DNA of 25,419 bases from an uncultured Chitinophagaceae bacterium (GTDB lineage: Bacteria; Bacteroidota; Bacteroidia; Chitinophagales; Chitinophagaceae). The stretch's first letter is position 1; every line of letters starts with the position of its first letter. The position numbers and the translations under genes were made by a program. Shown here piece after piece: positions 16,682 to 25,386 of this stretch. The stretch covers positions 1 through 25,419 of the forward strand of contig CBINHQ010000001.1 in assembly GCA_966250475.1 (NCBI GenBank), given 5' to 3'. A model generated the notes under the pieces. It ran no database searches and was not told the DNA's origin. It worked only from the letters and a program-made list of their open reading frames with translations.

Positions 16682-17299
16682 GTGATAGTAATTGATAATG
16701 TATTCATAAGCGACGATGTGGTAGAGAAGCAGTTTGTCTGCGACCTGGCTAAGTGCAAGGGCGGATGCTGCGAAGATGGTGATGCAGGAGCGCCGCTTGA
16801 TACCGAGGAGTTAGACCTCATCCTGGAAATGTATGAGAAGGTGAAACCCTATCTTCCCCCTGAGTCGATCGCCGAAGTGGAGAGAAAAGGGAAATACGTT
16901 TACCACAAGGAATTTGGCTGGGTGACACCCACACTCGGAAGCGATAAAGATATCTGCGTGTATGGATATCGCGATGAGAAGGGAATGATCAAGTGCGCAT
17001 TTGAACAGGCATACAACGATGGAGTGATTCCATGGAAGAAGCCAATCAGTTGTCATCTCTACCCTATCATCGCCTCAAAAGGAAAGCATGGTGCGTATGA
17101 GAAAGTGAATTACGAACCTCGCGAGACGCTCTGCAAACCAGCCTGCGGTCTTGGCAAAAAGCTAAAGGTTCCGGCATACGAATTTTTGAAGGAGCCGCTG
17201 ATAAGGAAGTATGGTCAGGAGTTCTATGATACCCTTGATAAGATTGCAAAGAAGCAGTATGAGGCTTCAAACTCCAAACAACAAACCTCCAACTCTTAA
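16682..17299 (+). CDS. DUF3109 family Cys-rich protein
   Basis: Likely GTG start VIVIDNVFISDD (205 aa). FVCDLAKCKGGCCEDGDAGAPL, KPISCHLYPI, LCKPACGLG, EPLIRKYG. Confidence 0.88.
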   Translation: MIVIDNVFISDDVVEKQFVCDLAKCKGGCCEDGDAGAPLDTEELDLILEMYEKVKPYLPPESIAEVERKGKYVYHKEFGWVTPTLGSDKDICVYGYRDEKGMIKCAFEQAYNDGVIPWKKPISCHLYPIIASKGKHGAYEKVNYEPRETLCKPACGLGKKLKVPAYEFLKEPLIRKYGQEFYDTLDKIAKKQYEASNSKQQTSNS

Positions 17300-17312
17300 A
17301 CCCATAAACTCT
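17265..17312 (+). repeat. Degenerate 7/8-bp C/A-rich array spanning the DUF3109 stop
   Basis: CTTCAAA CTCCAAA CAACAAA CCTCCAA CTCTTAAA CCCATAAA CTCT. It encodes the low-complexity tail ASNSKQQTSNS*. Confidence 0.65.
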
Positions 17313-17322
17313 TCATTCCAAA

Positions 17323-18699
17323 ATGTCCGACCAGGCAGGCACTTTCAAAGCTAAGAGCACGATTAAGGCTGCGGACATCGAACACCGCAGGAAAATCAAC
17401 TTCAATATCGGCAGGTATAATTCTGCTGTACCGAATGGGAAGCAACAGTTTCAGGATCTAGCTAAGGCCAGGGAACGTGCAAAGAATGCGAAGTGGAGAT
17501 CGATAGAAACTCTCGATCAGCAACTCGAACAGTTTGAGGCGATCATAACGTCTCGTGGTGCAAAGGTGATATGGGCGGAAAATGCGGAGCAGGCAAATGA
17601 GGAAGTCATCCGCATCTGCAAATCCGTCAATTGTAAAACGGTGGTGAAGAGTAAGAGCATGGTGACGGAGGAGATTCACCTCAACGATCACCTCGAGAAG
17701 AGTGGGATCATGAGCATCGAGACTGACCTGGGCGAATATATTCAACAATTAGACGGAGAGCCTCCATATCATATCGTCACGCCGGCAATGCACAAGAGCA
17801 AAGAAGACGTGGCGAAGTTGTTCGCGGAAAAACTTGGAACCGACCCCGCACTCACACCTGAACAACTCACGCTCGTAGCAAGGGAGATGCTGAGGGAAAA
17901 ATATGCCACGGCTGAAGTCGGAATTACCGGCGCCAACTTCATCATCTCCGACGTGGGTGGGATTGCTATTACGGAAAACGAAGGCAATGCGAGGCTCAGC
18001 AGTTCATTGCCAAAGACACACATCGTGATTGTGGGAATTGAGAAGATGATTCCTTCCATCACCGACCTCGCATTATTCTGGCCGCTGCTTTCAACTTTTG
18101 GAACCGGTCAGCGCGTGACTGTTTACAACACAATCATTACAGGTCCTAGGCAAGAAGGAGAAGTCGATGGTCCGGAGAATATGTACGTGATCCTGCTCGA
18201 CAATGGCAGGACGAACATACTCGCAAATGCAAAACAACGCGAGAGCCTTTATTGCATTCGTTGCGGTGCTTGCCTGAACGCATGTCCGGTCTACAAGAAC
18301 ATTGGTGGTCATTCCTACTCCACAACTTACAGTGGACCGATTGGATCGGTTATCACTCCCCATCTCAGGGACATGGGAGAATGGAAGCATTTGAGCTATG
18401 CCTCTTCACTCTGCGGAAACTGTACGGAGGTTTGCCCCGTGAGAATAAACATCCATGAATTGCTACTCGAGAATCGCCACGAATCTGTTGAGGAAGGAAA
18501 GAATGAATTCTCAGAAAAGATTGCCTGGAAAATGTGGAAGCAGGGAATGTTGCGCAGAAAATGGATGAACTTGGCAGGAGGAAAGATGAAGGGCTGGGTG
18601 GTGAATTCGATCATCAAGGGCTGGAAGACGCACAGGGGCGAGCTTGAATTCCCCAAAGAATCATTCAACGAACGGTGGGTGAAGGAAAAGCGCGGATAA
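17323..18699 (+). CDS. lutB: Lactate utilization protein B (LutB/LldF) iron-sulfur protein
   Basis: 458 aa. KSKSMVTEEI, ETDLGEYIQQL, HIVTPAMHKS, ENEGNARL, and ferredoxin motifs CIRCGACLNACPV and SLCGNCTEVCPV. Confidence 0.92.
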   Translation: MSDQAGTFKAKSTIKAADIEHRRKINFNIGRYNSAVPNGKQQFQDLAKARERAKNAKWRSIETLDQQLEQFEAIITSRGAKVIWAENAEQANEEVIRICKSVNCKTVVKSKSMVTEEIHLNDHLEKSGIMSIETDLGEYIQQLDGEPPYHIVTPAMHKSKEDVAKLFAEKLGTDPALTPEQLTLVAREMLREKYATAEVGITGANFIISDVGGIAITENEGNARLSSSLPKTHIVIVGIEKMIPSITDLALFWPLLSTFGTGQRVTVYNTIITGPRQEGEVDGPENMYVILLDNGRTNILANAKQRESLYCIRCGACLNACPVYKNIGGHSYSTTYSGPIGSVITPHLRDMGEWKHLSYASSLCGNCTEVCPVRINIHELLLENRHESVEEGKNEFSEKIAWKMWKQGMLRRKWMNLAGGKMKGWVVNSIIKGWKTHRGELEFPKESFNERWVKEKRG

Positions 18700-18732
18700 A
18701 AATCCGGCGAGCTGCCAAAACAGATTCCAACA

Positions 18733-20046
18733 ATGCTTCTTTATTCTCCATACCAATCTCCCAGACTGGATTACATTGTTGATTTCATCTCTAAGGAAAT
18801 GAACCTTGAACCGATCAGGGTAACAAACTCGGTCGAAGAGTTTAAGGCTTTCGAAGGAGCAAGGATCAATTACTCAGCAGAAAGATTGGACAAGGAGATC
18901 TGGATCAAGCCATATAAGAATTTCCTCTTCGAATCAGGAATCAATCAGGTTGAGGTGGAATGCTTCAACACGAATGATCATACTGCCTTCTTCCGAACGG
19001 ATGGTGATACCGGGTTCGACATTCTTGCCGCATCCTTCTATCTGCTATCGCGATACGAAGAATATCTTCCACACTCGAAAGATGAGTACGGCAGGTATTC
19101 GCATCTGGAATCAATCGCTCACAAGGCAGGCTTTCTTCATCAGCCGCTGGTGAATATCTGGATTAAGAATCTGAAGGAACTCATCATTTCAAAATGGCCG
19201 CCTGCGGAACTGCAGAAGAACGATAGATTTACCTTCATACCAACTTACGACATTGACATCGCCTGGTCGTTCAGGCACAAAGGTCTGATCAGAAACGTTG
19301 GCGGATTTACGCGATCATTTTTCAAAGGAAACTTTGCTGAAGTAAGCCAGCGGGTTCGGGTGTTATCCGGAAAAGAGAAGGATCCATTTGAAGTGTATGA
19401 CTGGCTCAATACATTGCACGAGAAGCATGGACTGAAGCCGTATTATTTTTTCCTCGTGGCAGGAAGGAGTGGTAAGTACGATCGAAACATTTCACCCAAG
19501 AATGAAGCATTGCGTGAGCTGATCAGGCACCACATACTTCACTATCCCATCGGGATTCATCCATCTTGGAGAAGCGGGGATGAAACGAACCTGCTTCAAC
19601 GGGAAATCAAGACTCTCACTTCGATTACGGGACAGGAAGTACTTTCATCGCGTCAACATTTTATTCGGTTCACAATGCCGGAAACGTATCGCAGGCTTCT
19701 GCACCATGACATCCTCTTCGATTTCTCCATGGGTTATGGTACCACCAATGGATTCCGTGCATCGGTTGCATCGCCATTTTACTGGTATGACCTGCCTAAT
19801 GAACAACAAACAGGTTTAATGTTGTTTCCATTCTGTTTCATGGATGCGAATTCATTCTACGAACAGAAACAAACTCCCGCAGAGGCATTGGCGGAGATGA
19901 GGCGCTACTTTGATGCAGTGAAGTCTGTCGATGGCACGCTCATCATGATCTGGCATAACTCCTTCCTTGGCACGGATCCTTTGTACAAAGGATGGCGTGA
20001 GGTCTACGAAGAATTCGTTTCTTCGATAAATAAAGGAAACATGTGA
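18733..20046 (+). CDS. Polysaccharide deacetylase (CE4/NodB-like) family protein with N-terminal DUF7033-like region
   Basis: 437 aa. YLLSRYEEY, PTYDIDIA, IGIHPSW, SRQHFIRF, GFRAS, PFCFMDA, IWHN. Confidence 0.75.
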   Translation: MLLYSPYQSPRLDYIVDFISKEMNLEPIRVTNSVEEFKAFEGARINYSAERLDKEIWIKPYKNFLFESGINQVEVECFNTNDHTAFFRTDGDTGFDILAASFYLLSRYEEYLPHSKDEYGRYSHLESIAHKAGFLHQPLVNIWIKNLKELIISKWPPAELQKNDRFTFIPTYDIDIAWSFRHKGLIRNVGGFTRSFFKGNFAEVSQRVRVLSGKEKDPFEVYDWLNTLHEKHGLKPYYFFLVAGRSGKYDRNISPKNEALRELIRHHILHYPIGIHPSWRSGDETNLLQREIKTLTSITGQEVLSSRQHFIRFTMPETYRRLLHHDILFDFSMGYGTTNGFRASVASPFYWYDLPNEQQTGLMLFPFCFMDANSFYEQKQTPAEALAEMRRYFDAVKSVDGTLIMIWHNSFLGTDPLYKGWREVYEEFVSSINKGNM

Positions 20047-21069
20047 TCAAATCAGTTCTGGTTGCTCCGGCGGGGGCAGTGCGGTTCGGAATGCCTTGTT
20101 GACAATGTACACACCGAGCAGAGTGATCAATCCTCCAATTATGATATAGACCGTCATCGACTCGCTGAAGATCATCCAGCCGAGGAGGATTGCAACAATT
20201 GGATTGATGTAAGCGTAGATTGAGGTTTGTTCAGTTGGTAAATTCTGCAATGCGTACAGGTATGCAATGAACGAGATGATGGAACCGAAAACAACCAGAT
20301 AAAGTATCGAAGCCCATGCCTGCCAGGGAACTTCGCTCAACGGTACATAGTAATTTGAGTTAGGACCGTCGAGAAGTCTTGTGATGAGGAGCAATGCGAA
20401 TCCGGAGATAGTCATCTGCAATCCGAGACTGAAGTATGGATTGAAATTGAGCGCTTCCTTCTTGGTGTAAATCGTACCGAATGCCCACGTCCATGTGGCG
20501 ATGAGCGAAAGCAGGATTCCAAATCTGAAATCGGCTTTGAAAAAATCATCGAGGTGCTCGTAGAATACCACGCACACTCCCGCGAAACCCACAAAGAGTC
20601 CGATAATCGCATTTACGGGCAGTCTCTTCCTCGAAGAAAATAACCCAATCACCACAAGCCATAGCGGAAAGATCGCTCCCATGATTGAACCGAGTCCGGC
20701 AGAAATATATTGCACGCCCCAAGTGCTGAGGCCATTGCTCATGAAGAAATTAAGGAAGCTGAGTACGAGAATTGGAATCCACTCTCTCCCTTTCGGCAGA
20801 GTAGCTCCTCTTGCAAGGAAGAATATCACGTAGATGATTCCAGCGATAGCCTGCCTTGCGCCTGCAAGTTCAAGCGCAGGCATGTGCCTCACACCTTCTT
20901 TCGAGGCGACCCATGTTGTACCCCAGAAGAAACAAACGAGTGCGAGGGCAAACACAGCCTTTGTTCTTGCGCCCTTCTTGTGTATGGTAAATGGATTGAA
21001 AGCGGCGATCTTCCTCAGCGTGAAAGCTGTAGAATCGACAATGAATTTATGAAAGTCATAAAACTTCAT
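20047..21069 (-). CDS. EamA/DMT family transporter
   Basis: Likely ATG at 21069, 4 nt after the purH stop (340 aa). Contains FFWGTTW and about 10 TM segments in two EamA repeats, ending YAYINPIVAILLG. Confidence 0.9.
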   Translation of the reverse strand: MKFYDFHKFIVDSTAFTLRKIAAFNPFTIHKKGARTKAVFALALVCFFWGTTWVASKEGVRHMPALELAGARQAIAGIIYVIFFLARGATLPKGREWIPILVLSFLNFFMSNGLSTWGVQYISAGLGSIMGAIFPLWLVVIGLFSSRKRLPVNAIIGLFVGFAGVCVVFYEHLDDFFKADFRFGILLSLIATWTWAFGTIYTKKEALNFNPYFSLGLQMTISGFALLLITRLLDGPNSNYYVPLSEVPWQAWASILYLVVFGSIISFIAYLYALQNLPTEQTSIYAYINPIVAILLGWMIFSESMTVYIIIGGLITLLGVYIVNKAFRTALPPPEQPELI

Positions 21070-21073
21070 CCGG

Positions 21074-22636
21074 CTAGTGCTTGAAATGCCGCATGCCTGT
21101 AATAACCATCGCCAGTCCGTGTTGTTTGCAGTAATCAATGGAATCCTTGTCGCGAATAGAGCCTCCGGGTTGAATGAATGCGGCGATGCCGGCCTCATGC
21201 CCGAGCTTCACGCAATCATCAAAGGGGAAGAACGCATCGCTTGCCATCACAGCTCCATTTGTATCGAAACTGAATTGCTTTGCTTTTTCCACCGCCTGCC
21301 TGAGCGAATCGATTCTGCTGGTCTGGCCACATCCTTTTCCAATTAATTGCCCGTTCTTCACCAGCGCGATGGCGTTCGACTTGAGATGCTTGCAGACGAG
21401 GTTCGCGAACACGAGATCTTTCTTCTCTTGTTCAGAACTTTCCCTGCCGCCGGCTTCGGTCCATTCTGAATAATTTCCTGCGTCGATTGATTGTACCAGC
21501 GTGCCATTCAATACTGAACGATATTGGTTACGCCTTTCGGGATAGCGCTTCAGTTTAAGAATGATCCTGTTCTTCTTCGAGCGAAGTATCTCAAGCGCCT
21601 CGGCCTCGAATGAAGGCGCAATCAGCACTTCGAAGAAAATATTGTTGATGGCCTGTGCAGTGCGAATGTCAATTGCGCCGTTGCATACCAGCACGCCACC
21701 GAATGCACTCTCGGGATCACCCGCAAGCGCTGCCTCCCAGCTTGTGAAGACAGAATCACGAATGGCAATGCCGCAGACATTGGTGTGTTTGATAATGGCG
21801 AAAACTATTTCTCCACTCTTCGCTCCAGGCTCCGTTCCAAATTCGGATGCAAGCTGAATCGCAGCATCCACATCCACGAGGTTATTGTAAGAAAGATCCT
21901 TTCCATTTAACTGCTGAAACAGGTGATTGATCTCTCCATAAAACACGCCGGGTTGATGCGGATTTTCTCCATACCTCATCGGGTGCGGGAACGGAGTCGA
22001 CTCGAGGAAATATTCAGCTCCTTCGCGACTGAAATATTTGGCGATTGCCACTTCGTAATGGGCTACAATGTCGAATGCCTTTGCAGCATACGCCCTCCTC
22101 TGCTCCATGGTCGTCTGCCCATCCTGCGATCTCAGCAATGATGCCAGCGGACCATACTCAGATTTTGCTGCCACCACGAGCACATCCGAGAAATTCTTCG
22201 CCGCGCCACGAATCATCGAAGGACCACCGATGTCGATCTTCTCGATGATGGCAGATTCGTTGATCTCTCCTCCGGATGCAGCGAGTTGTTCCTGTTCCTT
22301 TAAAGTTTCTTCGAAGGGATAGAGATCCACAATCACGAGGTCGATTGCGGGAATTTTGAATTCTTCCATCTCCTTAACATCGGTTTCGTTGTCTCTCCTT
22401 CCGAGAATGCCACCGAATACAGAAGGATGAAGCGTCTTCACCCTGCCGCCAAGAATGGAAGGATACCCGGTAACACTCTCCACCGGAACGCAGCTCACGC
22501 CGAGTTTCTCGATGAATTTCTGTGTGCCTCCGGTTGAATAGATCGTCACTCCCTGGCGGGACAGTTCAGAGACAATTTCTTCCAGGCCATCCTTATAAAA
22601 GACGGAAATGAGGGCGGAGCGAATCTTCTTGTTCAT
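21074..22636 (-). CDS. purH: Bifunctional AICAR transformylase / IMP cyclohydrolase
   Basis: 520 aa. ALISVFYKDG, STGGT, GGRVKTLHP, IDIGGPSMIRGAAKN, RYGENPHQ, LSYNNLVD, MASDAFFPF, QPGGSIRD, GMRHFKH. Confidence 0.98.
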   Translation of the reverse strand: MNKKIRSALISVFYKDGLEEIVSELSRQGVTIYSTGGTQKFIEKLGVSCVPVESVTGYPSILGGRVKTLHPSVFGGILGRRDNETDVKEMEEFKIPAIDLVIVDLYPFEETLKEQEQLAASGGEINESAIIEKIDIGGPSMIRGAAKNFSDVLVVAAKSEYGPLASLLRSQDGQTTMEQRRAYAAKAFDIVAHYEVAIAKYFSREGAEYFLESTPFPHPMRYGENPHQPGVFYGEINHLFQQLNGKDLSYNNLVDVDAAIQLASEFGTEPGAKSGEIVFAIIKHTNVCGIAIRDSVFTSWEAALAGDPESAFGGVLVCNGAIDIRTAQAINNIFFEVLIAPSFEAEALEILRSKKNRIILKLKRYPERRNQYRSVLNGTLVQSIDAGNYSEWTEAGGRESSEQEKKDLVFANLVCKHLKSNAIALVKNGQLIGKGCGQTSRIDSLRQAVEKAKQFSFDTNGAVMASDAFFPFDDCVKLGHEAGIAAFIQPGGSIRDKDSIDYCKQHGLAMVITGMRHFKH

Positions 22637-22673
22637 AGCGTGAAAATTGAGAGCAGGCAGTCGTTAAGGAGGG

Positions 22674-22681
22674 CAAAACTA
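22674..22681 (-). promoter_or_regulatory. -7 promoter box TAGTTTTG for purH-eamA
   Basis: Exact TAnnTTTG, 37 nt before the purH ATG and immediately after the comEC stop. Confidence 0.6.
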
Positions 22682-22683
22682 AA

Positions 22684-24783
22684 TCAATTCAGGTTCATCA
22701 CAAAGGCTCCATTCTTACTCACATCATGCCAGGGGATGCCCAATGAGTCGCAATCCCGCTTCCAGTAAGCCATTCGCCATGCCGGAACCGAACTGTCGAA
22801 GACTATTTGTCGAATATCGATCATCTCCGAGAGCTTCGTAATGTAGAGCCTCGGGCTTCGGGAGAGAATCATGAGGTCTATGATAGTCTTTTCCTCCTCC
22901 GGTTCTACCGCCATTGCTTCGTTCACCAACATTATCCGTTTGTCGCCCATTCGCCATGTTTTGTTTCCCGAAGTATCATTGACTCCACCCAATGTTCTCG
23001 CTAGCGTACGCGAAGGCTTGAGATGAAAGCTGCTGATGAAGGGATCGCTGAGACAGGCAGAATCGCCAACGAAGAAATGCGAACGTGCGATAAAGAAATC
23101 CATTGCAGAATGCCTAGGAATATTGTACACAACCACGCAGCGCTGCTCACCTCGCTCGAAAAATGACCACGAGCGCAATGCAAAGAATGCAACAGCAGTG
23201 AGCAGGAACAGCGCGAAATTCATCCTGCTCTTCCTCATCAGCCATAATGCGACGAACATGATGATTGCATACAACAGAATTGCCTGAATCAGACTTATCT
23301 GCAAACCCTCCCAGACTGAAGAAGGCAACATTTCGATGAGCGACACATATTCATTCATCATCCTGATCATCCACGACAGAAGTTTACCTAAAAGCCCGGA
23401 AGCTGAAGAGAGAAATTCAAGACTTCCGAGTGCACAAAGCAGGATCTCCCCCAACACAATCGCGCTGGAAAGAGGAACAGCAACGATGTTTGTCAGGATG
23501 AAATAATTTTGAAACTTGTGAAAATGATAAATGCTTACCGGCAAGGTGAGTATTTGCGCTGCAATCGTGACTGCATTCAACTTCCATACATTGTCGAGCA
23601 GTTTGTTCTTAACATAGAAAAGATTGTAAATGGGCTTCATGAAGATGATGATGCTCAACACAGCGATGTACGAGAGTTGAAAGCCCGCATCCCAAAGCCA
23701 GAATGGATTGTAGCATAGCAAACCAAATGCAGAAAAAGCCATCGTATTGTAGATGGAACTTTTTCTGCTAAACGTCTTCCCCAATACGATGCAGGTGAAC
23801 ATTACAGCGGACCTCATTACAGAAGGCGATGCACCTGCGAGCAGGCTGAAGCCCCAGAGTCCTGCAATGACGAGCAACGGCTGCATCCATCTTGTCTGCT
23901 TTTTCCTTCCAAGCGGTTTCAGCAACAGCATCAGCACTGCATAGATGAGTCCGATGTGTAAACCAGAGATGGCAATCACATGCACCACTCCTGTGTTGGA
24001 GTATGATTGTATGAGATCTTTGTCCAGGTCGTTCTTATAGCCGATCAACAAAGCCTCGGCCAGACCACTTTCCTTTTCTCCGCTGATAAATTTTCGCAGA
24101 ACCGATAGCACATAATTTCTGGTACTCTCCAGTAGTCGCCCAATGAAAGTTGTACGATTATCGCTCAGTCTTACAAATTCGCCTTCCTTCAAATAAATCT
24201 GATGAGTGATGCCCTGGAAGAGACAATATCGTTCGTAGTCAAACCCACCGGGATTGCCGGAGTTGCGAATCTCCTGCAAGGGCTTGCGAAACGCGATCAT
24301 GGATCCATATTGGAGACCCGGTTGCAAGGAATCCTTTCCAAAATAAATGATGATGCTTCCCTTAACCTGCAGCGTATCATCATCCCTGATCACAGCAATT
24401 ACACTTGCGTTTGCCTTAAAGGATTTCGATTTGGGAACCAGGGATTCTTCAAGCGAAACGATCAACACATCATCCTTGATAACCTGTTGATGGATCGATG
24501 CAGGATCGTTGGTGATTGTATTGAAATGCGTCAAGATTCCGCCAATTGCTGCAATGGCCGAATAAGCCATCAGGCCTGCTATCCATCCCCGCTTAAACTT
24601 TTCAAAATAGGGCAGCAGGAAGAAGAAAAAGAAAAGTAAAAGAGAGATCGAACCAAGATAAATCCAGAATGTGAGTTTGATTTCAAGATACCAATGCAGC
24701 ACAATGCCAATGGCAAGCGAAGCGAAGAGTCCAAGAAAGGGCGATCGCTTTCTGAAATAGGAACGGCCATCACGCATCTGCAT
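22684..24783 (-). CDS. comEC: ComEC/Rec2 family competence protein
   Basis: 699 aa. DUF4131-like region (NPGGFDY), HVIAISGLHIG, PSVMRSAVM, DAGFQLSY and multiple TMs. Confidence 0.93.
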   Translation of the reverse strand: MQMRDGRSYFRKRSPFLGLFASLAIGIVLHWYLEIKLTFWIYLGSISLLLFFFFFLLPYFEKFKRGWIAGLMAYSAIAAIGGILTHFNTITNDPASIHQQVIKDDVLIVSLEESLVPKSKSFKANASVIAVIRDDDTLQVKGSIIIYFGKDSLQPGLQYGSMIAFRKPLQEIRNSGNPGGFDYERYCLFQGITHQIYLKEGEFVRLSDNRTTFIGRLLESTRNYVLSVLRKFISGEKESGLAEALLIGYKNDLDKDLIQSYSNTGVVHVIAISGLHIGLIYAVLMLLLKPLGRKKQTRWMQPLLVIAGLWGFSLLAGASPSVMRSAVMFTCIVLGKTFSRKSSIYNTMAFSAFGLLCYNPFWLWDAGFQLSYIAVLSIIIFMKPIYNLFYVKNKLLDNVWKLNAVTIAAQILTLPVSIYHFHKFQNYFILTNIVAVPLSSAIVLGEILLCALGSLEFLSSASGLLGKLLSWMIRMMNEYVSLIEMLPSSVWEGLQISLIQAILLYAIIMFVALWLMRKSRMNFALFLLTAVAFFALRSWSFFERGEQRCVVVYNIPRHSAMDFFIARSHFFVGDSACLSDPFISSFHLKPSRTLARTLGGVNDTSGNKTWRMGDKRIMLVNEAMAVEPEEEKTIIDLMILSRSPRLYITKLSEMIDIRQIVFDSSVPAWRMAYWKRDCDSLGIPWHDVSKNGAFVMNLN

Positions 24784-24915
24784 TTTTAATGCAAGGAAGA
24801 TTCAATTTCCAGACTTGCAAGGGGAAAATCAGCCGGACATCGCGTTTTTTTAGCGTGATGCTTCCGTGGAAAGACGGATAAAGTTTCGAAAGAATGTCTT
24901 ATAAGATCAATTAGC

Positions 24916-25386
24916 TTACTCCAGCAATTTCTTCAGATAGGCGATCTGTCCTGCGTGGTAAATGTGATGCTGGATGAGACCGTTGAGCAGGTATTTGAAA
25001 TCGTATTCGCGGTAATCGACCTTCTCGCTAAGGAACGCATCATCCTTTGTCTTCAGCAGTTCGATTAATTCCTGATTGGTTGCGATGAATGCGGAGAGTC
25101 CTTCTTCCCATCCATGAATCATTGGATCGATCTCGCGCCAATCGAGTTTCTCAAATGCCGCGAGGTCGTTGATCTTATCCTTCTGCACACGTTTCAAAGT
25201 GAATTCCGTCCAGGTAAGCATGTGATAGATGAGATCAACAAGAGAATGTGAAGCTTCATTCGGCTTCACAGAAGCATACCCTGCATCGATGGACCGTAGA
25301 AGCCTGTAGACCGGTTGGCCGTACCAAGGCTCTCCATCCAACACATCCTCCAATGACTTAATTATTACTGACAACTCTGCCTTCAT
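24916..25386 (-). CDS. DinB family protein
   Basis: 156 aa. GEPWYG, SHSLVDLIYHMLTW and GLIQHHIYHAGQI metal-binding helix pattern. Confidence 0.88.
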   Translation of the reverse strand: MKAELSVIIKSLEDVLDGEPWYGQPVYRLLRSIDAGYASVKPNEASHSLVDLIYHMLTWTEFTLKRVQKDKINDLAAFEKLDWREIDPMIHGWEEGLSAFIATNQELIELLKTKDDAFLSEKVDYREYDFKYLLNGLIQHHIYHAGQIAYLKKLLE

